NCBI GenBank assembly: GCA_965216585.1
Contig: CBDCGC010000003.1
Coordinates: 2,732,816 to 2,796,815 of the forward strand
Source: an uncultured Candidatus Binatia bacterium
GTDB taxonomy: Bacteria > Desulfobacterota > Binatia > HRBIN30 > CADEER01
Reading direction: 5' to 3'
DNA length: 64,000 nt
The translations under genes and the position numbers were made by a program. Shown piece by piece: positions 57,031-64,000 of this stretch. Below the pieces are notes generated by a model. The model searched no databases. It was given only the letters and a program-made list of their open reading frames with translations, and was not told the origin of the DNA. Each line of letters begins with the position of its first letter. Position 1 is the stretch's first letter.

Positions 57031-58782
57031 ATGGATCGAAGCGACCCCACTTTGTGCGATCTGCTTCACAGCCGGCGCAACGCCGGTGATCTGGTCGCCT
57101 TCGACGGCGCCGGCGATCGGAGATGGGGCGATTTCACAGCCCAGGTGGCCGCCCTCGGTGCGGTGCTGGGCCGCGCCGATGCGGCTCGCTGGCTGGTCTA
57201 CTCCGACGATGCCTACGCCTTCGCTGTTGCACTGTTTGCCATTGCGACGGCGCGCGGCGTTGCCGTGCTGCCGCCGAACGGCCAGGCCGGCACGCTGGCG
57301 CGCTTCGCCGGCGACGTCGGTGGGTGCGTGCTCGACGAGGCGCTGCACGAGGCTGCGGGGCGCGGTCCCGTCGTGGCGCCGCTGCTCCAAGTGGCCGGTG
57401 CTCCGGTCGACCTGCCACGGTTGGAGCGCGATCAACCGTTCGTCGAGTTTCTCACCTCTGGTTCGAGCGGCGAAAGCAAGCGCGTGGCCAAACGGCTGCG
57501 CCATCTCGACGATGAAGTCGTCGTCCTCGAGCGACAGCTCGGCGGCGACTGCGACGGCGCGCGCGTCTACGGAACGGTATCTTGCCAGCACATCTACGGT
57601 GCGTTGTTCCGCGTGTTCTGGCCGCTGGCGACAGGGCGGCCGTTTTCTCGCCGGACCTATCTGCACGGCACGGAAGTTGCGCCCCGTCTGTCGGCTTCCC
57701 CATCGGTGCTCGTGACGTCGCCGGTGCAACTGGATGCGATGGTGGAATCGCGAGATCTGCAGGGCGTGTCGCCGCGGGCGATCGTCAGCTCGGGCGCACC
57801 TCTCGGCGGCAAAACGGCGGCGGCTGTGGCTGCCATGACCGGTACCGAAGTGACCGAGGTTTTCGGTTCGACGGAAACCGGGGGCGTCGCCTGCCGGCAG
57901 CGCGCCGTCGACGAGGATGTTGCGTGGCAACCGCATCCCGAGGTCGGCATCGAAATCGACTCGTCGGGCGCCCTTGCGGTGACATCGCCCTTCGTCAGTG
58001 CGGGGGAAGATGTCGGCGGCGGTTTGCAGCGCTTCGTCATGGGGGACCGCGTCGAGCTCGACGAAAGGGGCGGGTTCTTTTTGCGCGGTCGCGTCGACCG
58101 TATCGTGAAGATCGGCGGCAAGAGACTGTCCCTGCCGGAGATGGAGGGTGACATCTCATCGAATGAGTTGGTTGCCGAAGCGGCGGTAGTGACGATGCGG
58201 CGCGGTCGCGACGCGCGCGCCTGTGCGGCGGTCGTACTCAGTGAAGCGGGCGCTTCGCTCGTGCAGCGCCGGGGTCGAACGCATCTCACCCACACGCTCC
58301 AGGATGATCTGTCCGGGCTATACGATCGTGTTCTGCTGCCGCGCGTGTGGCGCTTCGTCGCAGAGCTGCCGCGCAACGCGCAGGGAAAGGTGACGGTCGT
58401 CGAGTTGCAGAAGCTCTTTGGGGGCGAGGCCGGGGAGCGGCCGCGCGAACCCGAGATCGCGGCGGAAACGATTTCCGAGCGGGCCATCAAACGCCACTGT
58501 CGCGTTCCCGAGGACCTGGTGTTCTTCGCCGGCCACTTCGATTCATTCCCCATCGTTCCGGGTGTCGTTCAGGTGGGCTGGGTGGTTTCGGCACTGGCAA
58601 CGCTGTGCGGGTCGGCACCGCGTGTCGAAGAAATTCGCGCCCTCAAGCTCAAGACGCCGCTGGCGCCCGGCGACGAGTTCGATCTGGCGGTCGAAGTGGA
58701 CGAAGGGGGAATTGCCCGGTTCTCTCTTCGCCGCGGCGAGATCGAGCTGTCGTCCGGCCGAATCGCGTTGTCGGCGGAGTGA
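57031..58782 (+). CDS. AMP-dependent synthetase/ligase fused to a C-terminal FabZ-like hotdog dehydratase domain (ApeH-ApeI-like fusion)
   Basis: 583 aa. Adenylation core FLTSGSSGESKRV. C-terminal VFFAGHFDSFPIVPGVVQV (hotdog HFxxxPxxPG). Confidence 0.8.
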   Translation: MDRSDPTLCDLLHSRRNAGDLVAFDGAGDRRWGDFTAQVAALGAVLGRADAARWLVYSDDAYAFAVALFAIATARGVAVLPPNGQAGTLARFAGDVGGCVLDEALHEAAGRGPVVAPLLQVAGAPVDLPRLERDQPFVEFLTSGSSGESKRVAKRLRHLDDEVVVLERQLGGDCDGARVYGTVSCQHIYGALFRVFWPLATGRPFSRRTYLHGTEVAPRLSASPSVLVTSPVQLDAMVESRDLQGVSPRAIVSSGAPLGGKTAAAVAAMTGTEVTEVFGSTETGGVACRQRAVDEDVAWQPHPEVGIEIDSSGALAVTSPFVSAGEDVGGGLQRFVMGDRVELDERGGFFLRGRVDRIVKIGGKRLSLPEMEGDISSNELVAEAAVVTMRRGRDARACAAVVLSEAGASLVQRRGRTHLTHTLQDDLSGLYDRVLLPRVWRFVAELPRNAQGKVTVVELQKLFGGEAGERPREPEIAAETISERAIKRHCRVPEDLVFFAGHFDSFPIVPGVVQVGWVVSALATLCGSAPRVEEIRALKLKTPLAPGDEFDLAVEVDEGGIARFSLRRGEIELSSGRIALSAE

Positions 58783-58792
58783 CGGGGAGTCG

Positions 58793-59560
58793 ATGCCGGC
58801 GGACGACGCAGAAACCCTCCGCGTGTGGGTGTTGATTCCGATCTACGACCACGGATCGACGATTGGCGACGTCGTCGCCGAGCTGGTGGAGATTGGCCTT
58901 CCTTGTTTGATCGTCGATGACGGCAGCGCCGGTGCCACCCGCGCCGTGCTCGACGGGCTCGCCGAGCGCTACCCCTGGGTTGTGTTGGAGCGGCTGGCCG
59001 TGAACCGCGGCAAGGGGTTCGCGTTGCAGCACGGCTTTCGCGTCGCGCGGGCGGCCGGCGCGACGCACGTCATCCACCTCGACGCCGATGGCCAGCACTG
59101 CCTACCCGACGTTCGGCGTTTCGTCGACCTGCTCGAAGACGACCCGGAGGTGGCGGTTTTTGGCTCGCCGGTGTTCGACGCGAGTGTCCCGCGCCGCCGA
59201 CTCTATGCCCGCCAGCTCTCTCGCTGGATCGTCTGGCTGTGCACGCTCTCCTTTGCCATCGACGACCCGCTGTGTGGGTTTCGGGCACTGCCACTGGAGA
59301 GGACGTTGCAGGTTCTCGATCGCGAGTCTCTCGGCAACCATATGGAAATGGAGCCGGGCCTTGCCGTGGTGTTGGTTTGGGCGGGCGTACGCGCCGTCTC
59401 TCTGCCGACCCGGGTGCGCTACCTGCCGGGTGGGCTGTCGCATTTCGACGCGGTGGCGGACACCTTGCGCCTGGCCGGCCTCTACCTTCGCTTGGTGGTG
59501 CGAATGTTGCCCCGTATCCCGCGCCTGCTGGCGCGATCGTCGGCGCCGGCCGTCGATTGA
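58793..59560 (+). CDS. family-2 glycosyltransferase (ApeJ-like)
   Basis: ATG at 58793. Carries LIPIYDHGSTI..IVDDGS and HLDADGQH. Confidence 0.85.
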   Translation: MPADDAETLRVWVLIPIYDHGSTIGDVVAELVEIGLPCLIVDDGSAGATRAVLDGLAERYPWVVLERLAVNRGKGFALQHGFRVARAAGATHVIHLDADGQHCLPDVRRFVDLLEDDPEVAVFGSPVFDASVPRRRLYARQLSRWIVWLCTLSFAIDDPLCGFRALPLERTLQVLDRESLGNHMEMEPGLAVVLVWAGVRAVSLPTRVRYLPGGLSHFDAVADTLRLAGLYLRLVVRMLPRIPRLLARSSAPAVD

Positions 59561-59594
59561 CCCGCTGCGCCGACCTCGCAAGACTCCGCTGGAG

Positions 59595-60566
59595 ATGGCC
59601 AATCTGTCGCAATGGGAAACGATCGCCGAGTCCGGCTCGATGGCGGCCATGCGCACGATGGCGTGGATCCATCGGGTGGCCGGGCGGCGGTTGTCGCTTC
59701 TCGTTCTCTACCCGATTGCTGCGTACTTCTATTTGCGCCGGCCGGTCGCGCGGCAGACGACGGTCGACTATCTGACGACGCTGCAGGCGTGGACGGGTGG
59801 CCGTGTTCCGCTCGAGCCGCCACGGCCGCACGATACTTTTCACCACATCCTTTCGTTCGCCATCAATCTCTACGACCGCATGGTTGCCTGGGGCGGTGGC
59901 TTTGCCTCGTTTCACTTCGATCACAGCGGCAGCGAGCATCTCTTTCGGCTCGCTGCCGAAAAGCGCGGTGGTATTCTGCTCGGTGCCCACGTCGGGAGCT
60001 TCGACATGCCCCGCATTCTCGCCGGCCAGCATGGAGTCGTGCTCAACGTTCTCATGTATACCGAGCAGGCCGAGCGAGTGTCTTCGTTTTTTGCCAGACT
60101 CGATCCGAGCAGTCGCCTGCGCGTACTGCGCATCGACCCGTCGTCGGCGCAGACAGGGTTCGCCATCAAGAGATGCCTCGATCGCGGCGAGTTCGTCGGA
60201 ATTCTCGCCGACCGAATACCGCCCGGTAGCAAGGAAGAAGTGGCGATCGTCGACTTTCTCGGCCGGCCGGCGCGCTTTCCGCTCAGTCCCTACCTGCTCG
60301 CCTGCACCTTGGGCTGTCCATTGTTGACATCGATGTGCGTGCGCACTGGTGACGGGCGCTACTGCGCCGCGGTCGACGTTCTCACCGAAGGCGAAAAGAT
60401 CCCGCGCCGGGTGCGCGGTGAGCGCGCCGGGCAACTGTTGGCTGCGTACGTGCGCACGCTCGAAAACCACTGCCGTGACTGGCCGCTGCAGTGGTTCAAT
60501 TTTTACGACTTCTGGGCAATGCCCGCCTCGGCCCGGCGCCGCGACGTCGAGTCGCTCGCTTCTTGA
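59595..60566 (+). CDS. LpxL/HtrB-like lipid acyltransferase (LABLAT family)
   Basis: ATG at 59595. 323 aa. HxxxxD in GAHVGSFDM. Its size and position match xanthomonadin-type clusters. Confidence 0.7.
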   Translation: MANLSQWETIAESGSMAAMRTMAWIHRVAGRRLSLLVLYPIAAYFYLRRPVARQTTVDYLTTLQAWTGGRVPLEPPRPHDTFHHILSFAINLYDRMVAWGGGFASFHFDHSGSEHLFRLAAEKRGGILLGAHVGSFDMPRILAGQHGVVLNVLMYTEQAERVSSFFARLDPSSRLRVLRIDPSSAQTGFAIKRCLDRGEFVGILADRIPPGSKEEVAIVDFLGRPARFPLSPYLLACTLGCPLLTSMCVRTGDGRYCAAVDVLTEGEKIPRRVRGERAGQLLAAYVRTLENHCRDWPLQWFNFYDFWAMPASARRRDVESLAS

Positions 60567-60579
60567 GGCACAGCCGGCC

Positions 60580-61029
60580 ATGGCCTTTGCCAACCCTCGC
60601 GATCTCGTCCCGCACTCCGGGCAGATGCTCCTCCTGCACTCGGTGGTGACGCACGACGCCGAGCAAACCGTGTGCGAGGTTCGCGTCGCCGACAGCACTC
60701 TGTTCAGAAACGAGGGCGGTGACGTCCCGGCTTGGGTGGGCATCGAGTACATGGCCCAGTGCATCGCTGCGCACGGTGGCTTGGTTGCCCGGACCAGCGG
60801 AAAGCCGCCGCAGCCGGGGATGTTGCTCGGCACGCGCCGGCTCGAGATCAACGTTCCCACCTTCGCCTCGAATCAGGTCTTGCACGTGTCGGCGCGAAGT
60901 GTGCACGTTGGCGCGGAAATGGTTTCCTTTGCCTGTGAAATCCGCGATGCGACGGCTGGGGGCGTGCTGGCGGTAGGGCGTTTGAACGTCTACGTTGGCA
61001 AGGAGATTGCGGGAGATTCCGAGTCGTGA
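60580..61029 (+). CDS. hotdog-fold 3-hydroxyacyl-ACP dehydratase-like protein (ApeP-like)
   Basis: ATG at 60580. 149 aa. Carries LVPHSGQMLLLHSV...GIEYMAQ. Confidence 0.7.
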   Translation: MAFANPRDLVPHSGQMLLLHSVVTHDAEQTVCEVRVADSTLFRNEGGDVPAWVGIEYMAQCIAAHGGLVARTSGKPPQPGMLLGTRRLEINVPTFASNQVLHVSARSVHVGAEMVSFACEIRDATAGGVLAVGRLNVYVGKEIAGDSES

Positions 61030-61778
61030 GCCGCGCGAAAGTGGATGCGGATGCGCCGCGCCGTGTGTTGGTAACAGGTGGCAGCCGAGGGATTGGCCGG
61101 GCGGTTTGTACGGCCCTGGCGTCGGATGGGTTTGATGTCGCGATCAACTACCGGTCCAACGAAGAAGCGGCCGCCAGTGTTCGTCGTGAAGTCGAGTCGA
61201 TCGGTCGCACGGCCTCGCTGTTGCACTTCGACGTCGCCGCTCGCGAAGAATGCGTGACCGCCATCGAAGCCGACATGGCGACCGGCGGTGCCTACTACGG
61301 CGTCGTTTGCAACGCCGGGATCCGCGCCGATGCAGCGTTCCCGACGATCAAAGGTGAAGACTGGGACCGCGTGCTACGCACCAATCTCGACGCGTTCTAC
61401 AACGTCCTGCAGCCGGTTACGATGCCGATGATCCGGGCGCGCCGCGGCGGCCGCATCGTTGCCATGACCTCGCTGGCTGGTCTCACCGGCAACCGCGGAC
61501 AGGTATCCTATGCCGCTTCGAAGGCGGGCTTGATCGGTGCCGCCAAGTCGCTGGCGCAGGAGCTCGCCAAACGCAAGATTACCGTCAACTGCGTCGCTCC
61601 CGGGCTGATCGAGACGGAGATGATCGAAGGGGCGATGGTCGAGAGCTTGGCTGGAATGATCCCGATGAAGCGCCTCGGTAAGCCAGAGGAAGTTGCCGCC
61701 GTCGTGGCGTTCCTCTTCTCCTCAGGCGCTGCCTACGTCACTGGCGAAACGATTTCCGTCAACGGCGGTATGTTGTGA
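61026..61778 (+). CDS. fabG: 3-oxoacyl-ACP reductase (SDR, ApeQ/FabG-like)
   Basis: The GTG overlaps the upstream stop (GTGA). Carries VLVTGGSRGIGRAV and SYAASKAG. Confidence 0.9.
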   Translation: MSRAKVDADAPRRVLVTGGSRGIGRAVCTALASDGFDVAINYRSNEEAAASVRREVESIGRTASLLHFDVAAREECVTAIEADMATGGAYYGVVCNAGIRADAAFPTIKGEDWDRVLRTNLDAFYNVLQPVTMPMIRARRGGRIVAMTSLAGLTGNRGQVSYAASKAGLIGAAKSLAQELAKRKITVNCVAPGLIETEMIEGAMVESLAGMIPMKRLGKPEEVAAVVAFLFSSGAAYVTGETISVNGGML

Positions 61779-63337
61779 GCGGCGCCGGCAACAACACGAC
61801 CTACGACGTCGCCATCATCGGCGGCGGCATGGCCGGCTCGTTGCTGGCGCGCCAGCTCAAGCGGGCCCAGCCGGGCTTGTCCGTGGGGCTGTTCGAAAAG
61901 GAGACAGAGCGAAGCTACAAGGTCGGCGAATCGCTGGTCGAGATCGCCTCCAACTATTTGATTCGCCGCCACCGGCTTGGCGGTTATCTCTACGAGAATC
62001 ACCTACCGAAAAACGGACTCCGCTACTTCTTCGACGACCCGGAGTGCGCGACGCCGTTGACCGAGATGAGTGAGATCGGGCCGATCAACCTCCCCTTCCA
62101 CCCGGCCTTCCAGGTCGATCGGGCGCGGCTGGAAAGCGATCTACTGGCGATGATTGGCCAGATCGGGGCGGACGTTCACAGCGGTGTGCGCGTCACCGCC
62201 ATCGATCTCGGTGTCGACGGCGGTGCACATCACTTCACCGTTTGCGGCGATGGCGAGCGTCGCTGTACGGCGCGATGGCTGGTCGATGCTAGTGGCCGCG
62301 CCGGCGTGCTCGCCAAGCAGCGCGATCTGCGCATTCCCGAAGCCGAGCACCGCATCGGCGCCGTGTGGTCGCGTTTTCGCGGTGTCGTCGACGTCGACGA
62401 GCTCGGTTCGGACGAATGGCGCGGTCGCGTGCGCCACAGCACGCGCCGGCTGTCGACGATGCACTTCTGGTACCCGGGGTATTGGTTCTGGGTGATTCCG
62501 CTGCGCGGTGGGTTGACCAGCGTCGGTCTCGTCGGTGCGCCCGCCGGCGACCGCGAGCGCCGCACGGCCGATGGCTTTCGCGACTTTCTGCGCCAACATC
62601 GCGGCATCGAGGAGCTCCTCGGCGCTGCCGAAATGGTCGACTGCGGCAGCTTCTCGCAGATCGCCTATGGCAGCGAGCGCTTTTTCCACCGCGACCGCTG
62701 GGCGCTCTGTGGCGAAGCTGCCACGGCGGCTGACCCGTTCTACAGTCCGGGCGCCGATTTCATCGCCCTGGAAAACGATTTCATCGCCGATCTGATCAGC
62801 CGCGACTTCGCCGGCGAGTCCGACGCGATCGGCGAGCGGCTCGATCTCTACGACGAGTTCATGCACTTCCGCCACGAAGCGGCGATGCTCCTCTACCGCG
62901 GCCTCTACGGCATGGTCGGCAGCTTCGAGCTGATGCGTATGAAGTGGGACCTCGATATCGGCTGCTACTACAACCTCTGGGTGTCTCCCTACATGCTCGA
63001 CCAGCATCTCGACATGCGATTTCTGCGCCGGCAGTTGCGCATGCGACCGTTCGTCCTGCGCGCGCTGCGCAATTTCGCAGCGCTCTTCCGCAGCGCCGAG
63101 GCGACGTTGCACGAGCGCGGCGACTACTTTCGGCACAACGTCGGCGAGTTCTCGTATGGGTTGGAGAACATCGACTTCATCAACGACATCGGCACGCCGC
63201 GTACGCGCCGCCAGTCTCTGGAGACCACCGAGCAGGTTTTCAACACCGTGCTGGAGCGCGCCAGCGAGATCATCGGCGCCGATGCGCACGGTGACCGTCC
63301 CCTGCAGTCGTTCATGACGGATCAGCCTCTGCTCTGA
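61775..63337 (+). CDS. FAD-dependent halogenase-like oxidoreductase
   Basis: 520 aa. Carries YDVAIIGGGMAGS (GxGxxG), KVGES, and YWFWVIPL, which matches the WxWxIP motif of flavin-dependent halogenases. Confidence 0.7.
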   Translation: MSGAGNNTTYDVAIIGGGMAGSLLARQLKRAQPGLSVGLFEKETERSYKVGESLVEIASNYLIRRHRLGGYLYENHLPKNGLRYFFDDPECATPLTEMSEIGPINLPFHPAFQVDRARLESDLLAMIGQIGADVHSGVRVTAIDLGVDGGAHHFTVCGDGERRCTARWLVDASGRAGVLAKQRDLRIPEAEHRIGAVWSRFRGVVDVDELGSDEWRGRVRHSTRRLSTMHFWYPGYWFWVIPLRGGLTSVGLVGAPAGDRERRTADGFRDFLRQHRGIEELLGAAEMVDCGSFSQIAYGSERFFHRDRWALCGEAATAADPFYSPGADFIALENDFIADLISRDFAGESDAIGERLDLYDEFMHFRHEAAMLLYRGLYGMVGSFELMRMKWDLDIGCYYNLWVSPYMLDQHLDMRFLRRQLRMRPFVLRALRNFAALFRSAEATLHERGDYFRHNVGEFSYGLENIDFINDIGTPRTRRQSLETTEQVFNTVLERASEIIGADAHGDRPLQSFMTDQPLL

Positions 63338-63422
63338 GTGCCGCGCGTCGTTCTTTCCCGCATGGGTGACGGTGAGGGAACCCCCGGCGCGAAGGATGAA
63401 AGCCACGGAGAAGGGTCATTGA

Positions 63423-64000
63423 ATGTCGATCGACGAGGGATCTACGGCCGTGGCAGACGCCGGAGGTAGCGGTGGTTTTCGGCCGTCGTCGGCCCAGGTC
63501 GCCGTGGGGACTGTGCTGGCGATCCTACTCTTCGCCTATCCGTTCTTCTTTGAAGAGGTCGTTCGTCGTTTTGGTGTGCGCGCCGGCGCTCTGGCCCTGC
63601 TCACCTACGGTCTCGCTTTTGCCCTCGGGCGCCGCTTGATGGGAATCCCGGTGCACTGGCGCTCGCTCTCACACCTGCTCCTCTTGGTGCTGGCCGGCGT
63701 CACCGCGGCGAGCGGCGACGCTCGCTACCTCCTGCTCGTTCCCGCCTTCATCTACCTCGCACTTTGCCGGTACTTCTGGAGCACGCTCAGTCAACCGATC
63801 ACGATCATCGAGCACGTCGCCCGCTTCATCGTTCCCGTCGCGCCCGATTTCATTCGTCCCTACTGCCGCAAGAGCACGATGGCGTGGAGCGCGTTCTTCT
63901 TTGCCAACGCCTGCATCATCGCCTGGTTGGTGTGGAGCGGCCGGGTTGCAGCGTGGCGGGCCTACACCGGCTGGCAGATGTTTGCGCTCATCGGTGCCAT
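63423..64000 (+). CDS. multi-pass membrane protein of unknown function, 5' part (runs off the 3' edge)
   Basis: My own translation from the ATG at 63423 is open to nt 64000. It reads MSIDEGSTAV...VGTVLAILLFAYPFFF...LLLLVLAGVTAA...AWSAFFFANACIIAWLVW. This ORF is not in the ORF track because no stop is reached. Confidence 0.5.
   Translation, partial: MSIDEGSTAVADAGGSGGFRPSSAQVAVGTVLAILLFAYPFFFEEVVRRFGVRAGALALLTYGLAFALGRRLMGIPVHWRSLSHLLLLVLAGVTAASGDARYLLLVPAFIYLALCRYFWSTLSQPITIIEHVARFIVPVAPDFIRPYCRKSTMAWSAFFFANACIIAWLVWSGRVAAWRAYTGWQMFALIGA

Noticed and set aside
59070-60860. Long antisense or alternate-frame ORFs in the track. Examples: 59070..60860 (-), 45172..46788 (-), 18408..20234 (+), 6917..8140 (+), 16087..17454 (-), 56680..57936 (-), 62141..63406 (-), 1032..1892 (+).
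   Set aside because: Their translations are Arg/Pro/Ala/Gly-rich with no motifs. Each lies opposite or out of frame to a gene with clear family signatures. This is expected from stop-codon depletion at about 70% G+C.

Overview
High-G+C, gene-dense bacterial chromosomal segment. Hand counts on single 60-nt lines give about 70% G+C in housekeeping genes, for example 44/60 at 25021-25080. I call 51 protein-coding genes, two of them cut by the window edges. I found no rRNA, tRNA, CRISPR array, transposase or integrase. Many long ORFs in the six-frame track are antisense or alternate-frame artefacts of the G+C bias (Arg/Pro/Ala-rich, no motifs) and are not reported. Recognisable housekeeping genes are bioB, thiD, selA-selB, cca, glpD, glpK, recQ, dCMP deaminase, glutamate-cysteine ligase and a site-2 protease. 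Accessory content worth attention: (1) A 2203-aa signal-peptide-bearing SpvB / TcB-propeller / RHS polymorphic toxin (5918-12529). It has an unrecognisable glycine-rich hydrophobic C-terminal domain and a ~113-aa insertion with two hydrophobic helices inside the RHS core. A small secreted protein is translationally coupled upstream, and I see no immunity gene or delivery apparatus. (2) Several repeat-rich secreted proteins: an FG-GAP plus Cys-repeat protein with a MYXO-CTERM-like tail, a 10-module DLNGDGD protein with a Pro/Thr linker encoded by perfect DNA tandem repeats, and a small duplicated CYKVK-motif protein. (3) A glpD / AGPS-like (HHH motif) / glpK operon that links glycerol catabolism to predicted ether-lipid synthesis. 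(4) From 50260 to the 3' edge, a divergently organised aryl-polyene pigment cluster of xanthomonadin/flexirubin type. It contains an aromatic ammonia-lyase, LolA-like protein, MMPL exporter, DUF3261 lipoprotein, ICMT-like methyltransferase, PlsC-type and LpxL-type acyltransferases, ACP, an adenylase-dehydratase fusion, GT2, hotdog dehydratase, ketoreductase and a WxWxIP flavin halogenase. Its ketosynthases are not in the window. Operons are very tight, with recurrent GTGA/ATGA start-stop overlaps. The CTERM-like tail and the AGPS-like enzyme suggest a Myxococcota-like or related delta-type lineage; this is inference only. All family assignments rest on motif recognition by eye in the supplied translations. 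No database search was run.
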